NCBI GenBank assembly: GCA_964019335.1
Contig: OZ025648.1
Span: 496,001 to 560,000 of the forward strand
Origin: Diplonema japonicum
Lineage: Eukaryota; Protista; Euglenozoa: Diplonemea
Length of the DNA stretch: 64,000 bases
Direction: 5' to 3'
Positions 1-10,468 of the stretch are shown one piece after another. The notes beneath the pieces were generated by a model. The model was not told the DNA's origin, did not search any database, and worked only from the letters and a program-made list of their open reading frames with translations. The translations under genes and the position numbers were made by a program. Positions within the stretch are counted from its first letter, which is position 1. Each line of letters begins with the position of its first letter.

Positions 1-115
1 TTTCTTTCCTCTTAAAAAAATTATTCTTCCTCTTTCTCAGTGGTTTCTGCACCCCCCAAAAAAAAGCCGATAAGCGGATAAAACTGAAAGGAGATAAGAG
101 AGAGGGTATCGCTTG

Positions 116-155
<40 letters not shown>

Positions 156-266
156 CCAGAAACCCAAAAGTGTTTTGGGGAGGGAGAGAAGAGAGATCCA
201 GAACGGGGGGAAAGTGAGCATCCGTAACAAAAAACCACTACCACCGCTATATAGACACATTCCTGT

Positions 267-642
267 TCAACTGGAGTAGGCAAAATCACCCCACTTGGTA
301 GAGCACGACTCGATGGCACCCCAGCTTCGACTGCCTACTGCAACAGGAGAAGGCCTACCACGATATTCAAGACATTCTTTTGCAGCAATATCAGTAAAGC
401 AAATTTCGTCGTCGCCCCAAGACCTATCCTCTGGCCCCTCTGGACAAACCGGGACGGCTGCCTCCTGGAAGCGAGTGTCAACCCTGAGGTGCTTTGTGTG
501 CTTTCTCTGTATCCTTGCACACACGGCCTTTTTTTTTTTTTTTTTAATGGCAATTGGTATTACATCCCCCCACACACACCTGCATCAGACTCCTAGCATG
601 ACAGTCAACTTCATCAGACCACTTTCCGCAAGCAATCTCCAT
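267..642 (-). CDS. Hypothetical protein (~107 aa), 2 exons (642-580, 527-267)
   Basis: ATG after an A-run; exon 1 MEIACGKWSDEVDCHARSLMQ joins ORF 267..575 in frame through a 52-nt GT...(A)nAG intron (528-579). No recognisable domain. Confidence 0.5.
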
Positions 643-750
643 TTTTCTTTTTTTAAAGTTGGGGTTAGTGGCGAAACGTGTGTTGGATTCTGTTTTTTTT
701 TTTTTCCCCCCTCCATGCGATCAGTTCATAACAGTCAGCAAAAAAAAAGA

Positions 751-816
<66 letters not shown>
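751..816. repeat. (AAT)22 microsatellite
   Basis: Perfect trinucleotide run seen directly. Confidence 0.97.
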
Positions 817-877
817 CCTCTCTTTTTCTTTCTTCTTTTCTTTGGCATGATGTAAATATGCACACAATTCAATTTTT

Positions 878-1652
878 TTTTACTTAATTCTGTAAAGTTA
901 CATGAGGAAATTTATAAAGAGCCATAAAAATCAGAAATCACTTTACCGTTCACGAGTAAATGTAAAGTGAAGAATAAAGGTAAAGTAAAATCTGATTTTT
1001 ACTCTGAGCAATTTTCGGGCTTTTTCGGTATTCGTCTTCATTTTTTGCATCTGTGGCCGGTCAGGGTTTCAGGGGTCGAGGGTTCAAGCCCCGAGGGACC
1101 GTTTTTTTGACCCCGATTTTATCGAAAAAAGTTCGGGGTCCAGGATTTGATCTGGCGTCTCCAGGAGACGAGTGCGACGACATGACCACTGAGCTACAGC
1201 ATGTTGCGCTTTTACAAACGTCGCCAACCCAAACCAGAGTCAGGTATCTGAGGCAAAAAACAGTCAAGCATCCGAGGCAAAGAGGCATAAACACACTTCA
1301 CCACGTTTCCGGGCCACCAAGCATCACACCTGAGGCTGGCAAATGCCGAAAATTACACTGGCCATGCATACAGGCGTTCTTTTGCACAATACCTTGTTGA
1401 TGAAGGAACCTGCTATCTTGGCTGGAAGTCAGACCTGATCAAGCCCCCGCGCAAAACCAGCAGTTTCTGAAGAGCGATGATCAAGCGCCGACACAAATTA
1501 GACAAAACCTACAGAATTCTGTCAATTTGACATCGCCTTCTCAGACAATCAGGCTTAGTTTTGACATCAGTGTGAACATTTCGCAGAAGTGAACATAAAG
1601 GGTTCACAGTGTCCGAAATTTCCTCATTTAACTTTACAAAAATTAAGTAAAA
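878..1652. mobile_element. Non-autonomous inverted-repeat element (~36-bp imperfect TIRs) with tRNA-like internal segments
   Basis: 878-913 TTTTACTTAATTCTGTAAAGTTACATGAGGAAATTT is the near-perfect reverse complement of 1616-1652. The interior lacks host homopolymer texture and has no convincing ORF. Confidence 0.65.
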
Positions 1653-1661
1653 TATCATACT

Positions 1662-1815
1662 AAATAAAAATCAGCCAGATTTTTACTCGGAATCTTTTTT
1701 TTTTTTTCACTCGTTTTTTTTTTGAATTTTCACTCGCTTCGCTCGTGAAATTCAACTACTCGTGAAAAAAAAAAAAAAAATTCCTCGTAAAAATCAGGTA
1801 ATCTGATTTTTATTT
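1662..1815. mobile_element. Fold-back MITE-like element with nested inverted repeats
   Basis: Ends AAATAAAAATCAG / CTGATTTTTATTT; nested pairs TTTTAC/GTAAAA and TTTTCAC/GTGAAAA; central GAATTTTCAC-TCGCTTCGCTC-GTGAAATTC hairpin. Confidence 0.6.
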
Positions 1816-1816
1816 T

Positions 1817-2581
1817 TTATATCTTCCGTTTTTTGTCCAACAGATGGAGATATGTCATAGTAGTGCCCAGTACAGAGTCCGTCCACTGGCTTCTACTCGA
1901 AGGGAGGCGGAAGCAAGGCTCAGGCGGCGGCGTCGGTTTCCACGCTTTCCTGCACAGCTCTAACTTGTCTATCTGCCTCTTGCGGGCCTTCGTGAACTCT
2001 ACGACGCGAGAAGGTATCCTCTCCTCCCGCGCCCAGTTCCTCCTGATGATTTTTTGAATCTCAGCGATAAGCCGGTAACCTAGATGGAAAGGCAGGCTGA
2101 GGTAAATGATGGATTTGTTAAACCGTAAGTGTTCGGAAAGGGTTACAGCACCTTCAAATGTCAAATGACAATCCTGAAGGACAAGCTCTTGAAGGGCAGT
2201 GTTGTACTGTAGAGCACGTCCTAGCTCACCGACTCCTATGTCGCCAAAGGGATTGCCTGCGAAGGAGAGGACACAAAGGGCAGCGTTGCTTCGCAAAGAA
2301 GCTGCTATAGACCGGATACTGAGGTCAGTAAGATGGTTTTTGCTCAGGTTCAGGTATTTTAGGTACCGGTTCCTCAGCAGCATTGCGGCCAGAGCGTCAC
2401 CTGCAACATCTGTAATGTTGTTCCCGCTGAGGTCTATATCAGTGACGCACTGGTTAACCGCCAAGGCATCGCATAAGCAAACTGTCACTTCGTCTCCCAC
2501 ACCACAGCTTTTCAGATTGATGTAGGCGGCTTTGAGATCTACTAGTTTGGGGGCTTTTTCTTCGTTCTGTCTATTTGACAT
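1817..2581 (-). CDS. Leucine-rich repeat protein (RNI-like LRRs), 254 aa
   Basis: Repeated LxxLxLxxNxI motifs (DIDLSGNNIT, YLNLSKNHLT, LSFAGNPFGD, ELVLQDCHLT). Confidence 0.9.
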   Translation of the reverse strand: MSNRQNEEKAPKLVDLKAAYINLKSCGVGDEVTVCLCDALAVNQCVTDIDLSGNNITDVAGDALAAMLLRNRYLKYLNLSKNHLTDLSIRSIAASLRSNAALCVLSFAGNPFGDIGVGELGRALQYNTALQELVLQDCHLTFEGAVTLSEHLRFNKSIIYLSLPFHLGYRLIAEIQKIIRRNWAREERIPSRVVEFTKARKRQIDKLELCRKAWKPTPPPEPCFRLPSSRSQWTDSVLGTTMTYLHLLDKKRKI

Positions 2582-2746
2582 TTAATTTTTGGGAAGGGAA
2601 TCTGGGCTTTGCCCTATTTTTTTTTTTTTTTTTTTTTTGGGTGCAATAAAAAAATCTTTTTTTTGGGAGGTATAAAAAAAAAAAAGAAAAAAGAAAAAAA
2701 AAACCAGCGCCAGAGCAAACTACTTTTTCAAACTGAAGTGTTTTCT

Positions 2747-2777
<31 letters not shown>

Positions 2778-2870
2778 CAATGACAAAACCATGGCCATCG
2801 CCAACAACGAAGAAGAAACAATCAAAAAAAAAAAAAAAAAAAGGAGATGTTTAAGGGCGAATCCCACTTG

Positions 2871-3330
2871 AGGACCACCCTTAGTGGTCTATCTTTTGAT
2901 GCTACCTTTTTGGCCTCGCTTTCGTTCCGGCTGGCGGATGCTAGCGTCTTTCTCGGACGGTTGATGCGGTCCTTCTCCTATGGTCATGAGGGACTTCGCT
3001 CTTGTTCATCTTCTCGACCAGCTTCTTGATCCCCGCCGTCACCTTCGTCGTCGTGTTTCCTTCAACCCATATTGCTTCGACATCCATTTCAACAGCGACC
3101 CCACTCAACAGCGCCCCACGCACACCGCAGTATAGGGTGGGGGTGTTGTCGTTAAACGACACAATGGAGTGGGTTCTAACCTGTGTTATTTTGCCGAAGC
3201 CAAATGCGATCATGTTACCCCTGTTTCGAAAGGTCTGCCTTATTCTTGTCTCTCGCCGCACCGTCACCATGACACAGACTTCCCTGAAATGACTAGCTTA
3301 AGGGGAGGTGTCGTTACGCACCTAGACCCG
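2871..3330 (-). pseudogene. Degenerate coding-like remnant, member of a dispersed repeat (homolog at 36287-36342)
   Basis: 109-aa ORF bounded by in-frame stops; its 3' part aligns with 36287-36342. Confidence 0.35.
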
Positions 3331-3728
3331 GCCAAAGGTTTTGCTGCCCCTTTGGAAAAAAAAGAGAGAGAGGCCGTTAGACCTTCTTTTTTTTTTTTTT
3401 TTTCCTTTACGAAGGGAGAAAAAAAAAACAAAAAAAAACAAAAAAAAAACAAAAAAAGGGGGGGAGGGAGAGGAGAAAGAAATGAGAAGTAGGAAAACAA
3501 GGGCACACAAACCTGCGAAGACCGCTCGTCAACACTAAGTAAGTATTTATTAAGGGTTTCCTGACGAGATGCCTCATCTCACTGTTCCTTGAGCCATATA
3601 AGTACCCATTGTTTTGTTGATGTTAAAGCGTAAGTAATAAAAAGGGGGGGGGGGGTATCCAGATACACAAAAGAATAACAAATTCCGTTCATTGACGCGG
3701 AATGGAAACAAAATTATATGAGTGTTAA

Positions 3729-5023
3729 CCCTTAAACGCCCAACTGCTTCTGTAGAAGCAGTTAATAGGTGTAATTGTTCTGTGGTCATCTAGACCAAAG
3801 CCTCGGATCGGTTTTCATAAAAAAAAAGATGGAATGGAAAGATATTGAAAATCTGCGTTAAATGCGCTATTTGTATCCATCTGAAACCTCATAACTTCAT
3901 CCCAGAACGGGGTGCCGAGACACTGGGTGACACCAAAAATGGGCATTTTCCGGATTTTCATGATTTTTTCCCTCTTTTTTTTTTCCCCCGAGTCACTAGG
4001 CCTTATCAAAATCAACATGCCAGCACACAACGGGAGCAGTTCCCATCGACCTGCAATGTTCATATGGGTTAAATCCACCTCTCTACCTCAATCCTCGTTT
4101 CTTTTTTATTTACCAGGACCGCGATGACGATGTAGTTATGGGCCCGGTTGGGATCCTACGAAACAGGTGGCCCACCTTTCTGGAGAACGGATGGTTTTTT
4201 TGTAGTCGGGGATGCACTCGTTCTTCGTCGCGTCCCAGTGGCCTCCCGCAGGCCGGCTGGTTCAGAGGCTGGCAACGGTCCTGCGAGCAGACGTTGCTGC
4301 AGCGTTCCACGAGCAGCAATCGCAAGCCTTGCAGTCTGCCTGTGTCCTCGCCGCCGTGCACTTCTTCTCCGCGTACATCACCCGTCCATCCACAGTCGCT
4401 GCTCGCCGCGGAGCTCCCCGGGTCGGGTACCGCGTGTCCCTGGACACCGAGTTCTCGCGGTCCCAGGCGCAGTTCGCGTCGCTCTTGCACGCCGCCGCGT
4501 CCGTCGTCACCGTGCACGTTGCGACCGGCTTGCACACGGGCGTCTACCGCCGTGTCCCTCTGGGCAGTCTGCATTCGGCGCCTTCAACCACTTCTCCTGC
4601 ACGAAGATCGCTCACAGGGCTTCGGGTCGCATTTGGTCCCGTCCCACTTGCACAGGAGGTTCGGGTCGTGCAGGCCCTGGTCGATTGTCCCCATCGTCGT
4701 CGGGTTCGGCCCCAGCCCGGGGTATTCGTGGTGTGCTTCGTGGCCACACGGGAAACGGATGGCCTGGTGTGGAAACCAGCACTGGTGTGACGTTTGCAAC
4801 CACCGATCCCAGACGGTGACCAGCATAACGGAGCATGCACTGTGGGCAGTGCGAACCGGTAAAGAACGTATTGAAAAGCAAGCAGTACACAGAGTGAAGT
4901 GAGAAGGCTGGTGCCTGCGGTGACTGTTTGTCGCAATGAGATGGACGGCATCAACAAAGACACAAAATCGGAAAATTTCAAAAATCAATTACCCCCCCCC
5001 CCCCCCGCCTGGGCGTCTAAGGG
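3729..5023. mobile_element. Non-autonomous piggyBac-like element (~1.3 kb) with captured gene fragment
   Basis: TTAA|CCCTTAAACGCCCA (3729-3742) and TGGGCGTCTAAGGG|TAAA (5010-5023): 13/14-bp TIR with CCC..GGG termini; TTAA on the left, degenerate TAAA on the right. Confidence 0.65.
4150..4720 (-). pseudogene. Frameshifted fragment of a Cys-rich (C-x-W-xxxx-C) repeat surface-type protein
   Basis: LCKWDGTKCDPKPC, ACKSDANCAWD, CKACDCCSWN and HWDATKNECIP occur in short interrupted minus-strand frames; markedly GC-rich relative to neighbouring genes. Confidence 0.6.
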
Positions 5024-5572
5024 TAAAAGGAGATCAATTGGCGAGATACTCCTTTGTTTTCAACTAAGAACAGCGGCTTATTATGAAAATAAAAGTGTGT
5101 AAGAAGAAAAAAAGATTTTTATGTAAAAAAAAAAAAGAATTGTTTTTTGTTGTTGTTGCACGAGCAGAGGTTTTTTTAAAAAGCTGCGAAAGTTATTTGC
5201 TCGGCACGAGTTGCATATTTGTAACAAACAACCAAACAAACAAAAAAAAAAAATAATCGGCTTATTGCTGTATGTGCAAGCCGTTTTTTTTTTTTTAACC
5301 GTAGGGAGAAACAAACAAACAGCCTCCACTTCTTTTTAGCAATCTCTTCATATCTTTAAACCCTACAGTCCCCCCCCCTCCTTGAACAAGATTTAGATAT
5401 GGGGTAAATAATAATAGCAAGGTCATAAATGAAGGGGGGCAACAAAAAAATTAGTCACCCTCGACGGGGATTCGGGAAGGGGGGGCGGAATGTCAACCTC
5501 ATGCAGTGAAACGGAGAAATAGAAAAATAAAACGAGTGGATAGAACAGAGGGCAGAAAAGTCCTTCACACGA

Positions 5573-5832
5573 TTACACAGCAACAGCTTGAAGTTTTGAA
5601 AATCTAAACCGTGTCATTGCGCTCTTCTTGCTAGGGCTGAGGTTTTGCGAAGGGAAAGGGTCTGCACCATGCGTTGAGTCTTCAAACGAGCTTTGCTTAC
5701 ATTCCTTTTTTTTCTTTTCTTTTCTTTTTTTTTTTTCTTCTTCCACCTTCCAAATACCTTTTTTCGCATTTTTGCCCAATTTGCAGGGGAAGCAGGTTGT
5801 TGACTAATCACCTTCGTGTTTCCACAACCCAT
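5573..5832 (-). CDS. Small putatively dual-acylated protein (65 aa), 2 exons (5832-5758, 5695-5573)
   Basis: N-terminus MGCGNTK fits an N-myristoylation plus palmitoylation pattern; ATG follows a long A-run; a 62-nt purine-rich GT-AG intron (5696-5757) joins two short ORFs. Confidence 0.6.
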
Positions 5833-5913
5833 TTTTTTTTTTTTTTTTTTTGTTAGCTTTATCTACAAAAAAAAAATTTTTTTTTGAGAAATTTTTGGGG
5901 GAAAAAAAAAAAT

Positions 5914-6351
5914 TCACGAAAACCGAGGATCAGGAGGAAGCTCCATTTTCTCTATTTCTGCAACGGCAGCCTCAGCGGCTAATGTGTATGCTCGATTGAG
6001 ACCACCGGTGCCTAACTTGACCCCGCCATAAACGCGGGTCACTATGACCATCGTTTGCCTTAGATCCGCTTTTTGTAACACTCGTGCCATGGGCTCTCCT
6101 GCAGTGTGTTTGGGTTCACCGTCGTCACTGGCCCTCTCATTGAAGCCGTACCCCCTCCACGCCCAGCATGCATGTGTCAGATCGTCTCGGTTCTTCATCT
6201 CCTTCGCCAGAGCCCTTACCTCTTTTTCGTCCTCCGCCGGGCCGCAGAACCCCTGGAACACACTACCCTTTATGGTAATAGGGACCCCCTCAATCAACTC
6301 CTTTGCCATCATTGAGGCATACCGCCTTCCTATCCACCGAAGGGGGTACAT
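5914..6351 (-). CDS. IMPACT/YigZ (UPF0029) family protein
   Basis: THACWAWR, SDDGEP..TAG.P and VTRVYGGVKLGTGGLNRAY signature motifs; Arg-rich N-terminus may be a mitochondrial presequence. Confidence 0.92.
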   Translation of the reverse strand: MYPLRWIGRRYASMMAKELIEGVPITIKGSVFQGFCGPAEDEKEVRALAKEMKNRDDLTHACWAWRGYGFNERASDDGEPKHTAGEPMARVLQKADLRQTMVIVTRVYGGVKLGTGGLNRAYTLAAEAAVAEIEKMELPPDPRFS

Positions 6352-6625
6352 TCCTTTGTAAAGTGGGGGGGGGGGGGGGGGGGGATGTCTTCAATTAAAA
6401 CAAAAATAAATATAAACAAAATAGATATTTTTAAGAGAAAAAAAAAGTGTAATTTGTTTTTTTTCTTTCTTTCCAGAGGACGCGGGGGGGGGGGGGGGGG
6501 GAGGGATGTTCCATTCAAAGATGTGAATCGTTCCGTTGATATAAAAAAAGTATTTTTTTATTTCTTTTTTTTTGTTATCCCTACCCCCCCCCTTCTCTCC
6601 AGTGTAATTTCTTTTTTTTTTTTTA

Positions 6626-6658
<33 letters not shown>

Positions 6659-6677
6659 AACTTATGTACTCTCCCTC

Positions 6678-7466
6678 TCACATTACAGCACATTGCGTGC
6701 AGGCACAGCTCGAGCGAACCGCTTCCTTTTCCTTTCTTTTTTTCCCCTCCACATCGTCATTGCCCTCGGGGTTCAGTTTCTGCATTTCTTCCTCGTCTTC
6801 ATCATCGTTGTCTTCAATATTCTTAACCCCGGTTGACTCCGCCGTCTCCTTGTGCACGGTGTAACTAAAATACACGTTGTACGCGAAGGCTACAGTTCGC
6901 ATCACAACAGCCTGTCCGAGAATGTGGTTTGGGAAGAAAACAAATGCAAGGAAGTTTGAAGCGGGCTTGACCATGTAAGAGATGGACTGGGCTTCGAAGA
7001 AGGATTCTTTGAGCTTGGTCACTGCTGCGGCCCAAGTCCCGCCGTTTTTAGAATCCAAGAGAACAAGAGTAACCATCGACCAAGCACGGACAAGTGGAGA
7101 GAAAACAATTTGATTAACACCCGTCTTGACCAATGCCGTAGTGATTGACACGTCAGACCGGTCAAAAATTACATCAATAACAGCTAATCTGATGAATTGC
7201 ACAACACCACAGAAAAACACCCCAGTCCCTGCGAACCTCGCGCTCCTGCCCATATCTATCTTCTCTGGTTCGCAATATCCCTCTGGAGCAGGTGAGGGTG
7301 GCATTGGCCGGCATATCAGCCACTTTCCTTCCAGCTTCTGCGCGCACAAATCCGTCACAAAGCTAAACGCAGCGTTAATCACCACGAACTCCCCCAACAC
7401 CGTCGCCACGTGTTGGAAAGAATCGAAATCTGCGAATTGATTAACATCTTCTTTAGGATGATGCAT
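6678..7466 (-). CDS. Mpv17/PMP22 family membrane protein
   Basis: DMGRSARFAGTG, KTGVNQIVFSP and NFLAFVFFP with about 4 hydrophobic segments match the Mpv17/PMP22 layout. Confidence 0.75.
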   Translation of the reverse strand: MHHPKEDVNQFADFDSFQHVATVLGEFVVINAAFSFVTDLCAQKLEGKWLICRPMPPSPAPEGYCEPEKIDMGRSARFAGTGVFFCGVVQFIRLAVIDVIFDRSDVSITTALVKTGVNQIVFSPLVRAWSMVTLVLLDSKNGGTWAAAVTKLKESFFEAQSISYMVKPASNFLAFVFFPNHILGQAVVMRTVAFAYNVYFSYTVHKETAESTGVKNIEDNDDEDEEEMQKLNPEGNDDVEGKKRKEKEAVRSSCACTQCAVM

Positions 7467-7672
7467 TATATTTTTTTTTTCTTCTTTTTTTTACATTCCT
7501 TTTTTTTTTGAGTGGGAGGTGGTCCGATGAAGAAGGGGAATAAAATTGTGTCTTGTATGTGTGGGGGAATGGGGGGGGCTTTAAAAAAAATAAGGGAGAA
7601 TTGGGAGGGGTATTAAATAACAGTGAATTGGTGCATTGTTTTTTTTTTTTTTCTTTTTTAAAATTCTTTTGC

Positions 7673-7716
<44 letters not shown>

Positions 7717-8547
7717 CCTGATAAAAAGGTTTTCTCATTTAAAAAAAAAGAGAAAAAAAGGCTGCCAAACAACTTGTTTTTCCGGTCGTGACACAAAGTC
7801 CGAGGTTTTTCTTCTTTCTTTTTTTTTTTTCTTCCTCCTTCCGAGGGATCGAGGATAGAAAAAAAAAAATATTCACTATAATTTGGGAGTAACCCCCCCC
7901 CCCCCCCCACAGAAAGAACGAAAATCACTTTTTATTGGGGGAAACGTGACACATTTTTTCGGATAATTTACAGTCTCACCCCCCCTCCCTTCCATTTCTT
8001 CCGCTTCCCGACCCTTAAGAGTTTATATTGAGTCAATTGTTATGGGGAGGGGGGGGGGGGGGGGGGTTAAAGGGGAGGGGAAACGGGTTATTACTTCTTT
8101 TTTTTGTAAGTAGACCTTAACGAAACATGTTAGCAAAAAAAAAGAAAAAAAAACACACTTTAAAGCCCCTTGACCGATAAAAAATAAAAAGGGGGGGAAG
8201 AACTGATTAACTGTAAATGTCAACAGTAATGGATATAAAAAAAAAAGAGTCAGTGATTGTTGTTTGTACAAGCCGGTTGAAACCTGCCGAAAAGGTTTAT
8301 CCGACAAGATACCACTATTCTTTTAAAGGTAATAAGTTGTTAAAGCAAACAAAAGAAGAAAAAAAAAAAGGGTGGGGGAAGGGGGTGCATATAGTACAGT
8401 ATTGTGCACACAAACACACAAAAATATCCCCATATTTGTTATGTAATTCGATCTCTCTCTCTCAAAAAAAAAAAAAAAAAGAAAAAGAAAAAAGAAACAA
8501 AAAACAATAGTAACGTAACATAAAGATAAAAATGGACTGGGAAAAAA

Positions 8548-9695
8548 TTAGCTCACCTGACCAGCTTGGATTTTGGCCTCGAGTTCAGCCTGCAGATTTA
8601 TTGATGATTTTTCGACACTTTCCCATACCAAGCTTACAGGTGCACGTGCTCGGGTCCATACACTAATGACGGACCCATGCAGATTGAACCCATGTACTGT
8701 ACGAGCGGCCTGTGCTGCAGACGCCTCGGTCAAGTAGTGCACAAAACAGTAACCTAGGGTGTGTATGAGAATCAGATTTAAAAAAAAAAAAGAAAAAAAA
8801 AAAAAAAGAAAAGAAATTCACTCAGACCTTTGCACTGCCCATTAGGGAACGTGGGCATCTGGATCCTCGCGATGCCGCCATAGCTCCCGAACAAGGCCCA
8901 GAGGATGGTCTCGTTCATCTCAAGCGGGAGGTTTTGGACCACGAGAAGCGTCTGGAGCTCCGTGGCGTCGAGCCGCGCGAGGTAGTCGGTCGTCTCAGTC
9001 ACAATCTGCCCCTGAAGGGCTTGAGCTCCACTCTGGTAGAGAAAAAAAATTTTTTTTCCAAAAAAAAAAAAAAAAAAAAAAAAAAAACAAACCCAAAGAT
9101 TAAGATCGAACGCCATTTGTTTTTTCATCTGCTGCTGAGGCAGTTGCTTGTCGGTGGCGCGGCCGCCGTACTTGACGGTCAGCGGGCAACCCTCAACGGT
9201 TTGTTGGTTCATGTTGACAATAGCTGACTCCGCCTCCGCTGCCGACGTGTACTTCACAAAGGCAACACCCTTCGAGTACTTCTTCTCCTTGGGGTCCAGC
9301 ACCTTGGCGTCAAGAACCTCCCCGAACATGGAGAACATCTCCTTGATCTTTTCTTTTGAAAACGATGTCCCGAAGCCGGCTATGTAGACATTTTCGCATT
9401 TTCCCTCCATCCCCTTGGGCTGGCCTGGGGCTGAGGCGTATGCCACCCTCAAGGCTAAGGCAGGGGAGCCAACCTTCTTCCCGTTCATTTCTTTGATTGC
9501 CTTGGGTACGTCAGCCTTGTCCTTGTACACTACAAAACCGTACTTCAGACTTGCGCCCGTTGTCTTGTTCACCACGAGCTTCGTGCTCTCCACTTCACCT
9601 ACCTCGTTGAACATTTCTTTCAAGTCATCTTCCGACACATCAGCAGGAAGGTGGTTCACAATAAGGTTTCTGAGGTTTTTGTCCTCGTCAGACAT
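8548..9695 (-). CDS. ELAV/Hu-like RNA-binding protein with 3 RRMs; introns 9033-9092 and 8754-8827
   Basis: RNP2/RNP1 motifs NLIVNHLP / YGFVVY, VYIAGF / KGVAFVKY, LVVQNLP / KGYCFVHY; the last RNP1 forms only after splicing. Confidence 0.9.
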
Positions 9696-9805
9696 GTTTC
9701 TTAGTGGGGGCCGCTGCGTGTGGAATAAAAAATTTTTTTATATGAAGAACGGAAAGAAAAAAGAAAAAAAAAAGAACTTGAGCTTGATAAAGCCCTATTG
9801 CAATA

Positions 9806-10468
9806 TCATCTGGACGAGAGGCGTTCGACCATCTTGCGCCATTGATCTGAAGTGAGGGTGCAGGGACTGCGTAAGGGCGGACAATACATATTCTTTTTGC
9901 TTTGGCTAAGCTCCGACTCCTTCTGAAGTGCCTCTGTGTAAAGACGAGAAGTAGAAGCTACCATCTCGGTGGGTGTAAGCTTTTTAGAGGGTGCTAGTGG
10001 GAGGGGGATGTCGTACTTGGACTCAAGGTTGCATTTGCGTTTCGTCCTGTCCTCGATTTCTGTTGTGTAAAGCCGTGCGAAGGTTCGTGAGAGGTCCGAG
10101 CTGGTGTTTCGAAGTGTGAGAGTAGCCGTGCTGTTCAGCGCAGTCTTCCTTCCAAGTAATGCTGCTGTCCTCTCCTTTTCTAAAGGGCTGTAGTAATATC
10201 TGCTGTTTAGTATTTCTAGCTTATCATCGTCTATTTTCTTTGGCCTGGCGTCTCTTTTCGTCGGTGGGGGTTTTGGAGGCTGGTACAGCCTAGGGCTGCA
10301 CCCTGATACCTTCGGCCGTGCCTTTGAGGATTCCTCTTGCATCTCTACCCAAGCCCGTTTGGCGCCTTCGCTGAGTTCCTTTCCTTTGTAAAGCCTTTCG
10401 TTGCAGTTTCTAACCTTCCTGACGTTTCCCTTCATTGCTTTGATCTCCGCGGTGACATTAAGAAGCAT
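9806..10468 (-). CDS. Hypothetical basic protein (220 aa) with repeated RLY motifs
   Basis: Clean ORF without homopolymers on the coding strand; ERLY/PRLY/ARLY/SRLY repeats. Confidence 0.7.
   Translation of the reverse strand: MLLNVTAEIKAMKGNVRKVRNCNERLYKGKELSEGAKRAWVEMQEESSKARPKVSGCSPRLYQPPKPPPTKRDARPKKIDDDKLEILNSRYYYSPLEKERTAALLGRKTALNSTATLTLRNTSSDLSRTFARLYTTEIEDRTKRKCNLESKYDIPLPLAPSKKLTPTEMVASTSRLYTEALQKESELSQSKKNMYCPPLRSPCTLTSDQWRKMVERLSSR

Noticed and set aside
1135-1200. Functional tRNA gene
   Set aside because: A/B-box-like motifs are present but there is no acceptor stem or proper anticodon arm.
3280-3350. ingi/L1Tc-like 5' signature (Pr77 ribozyme)
   Set aside because: Only scattered short word matches from memory; the pseudoknot could not be built.
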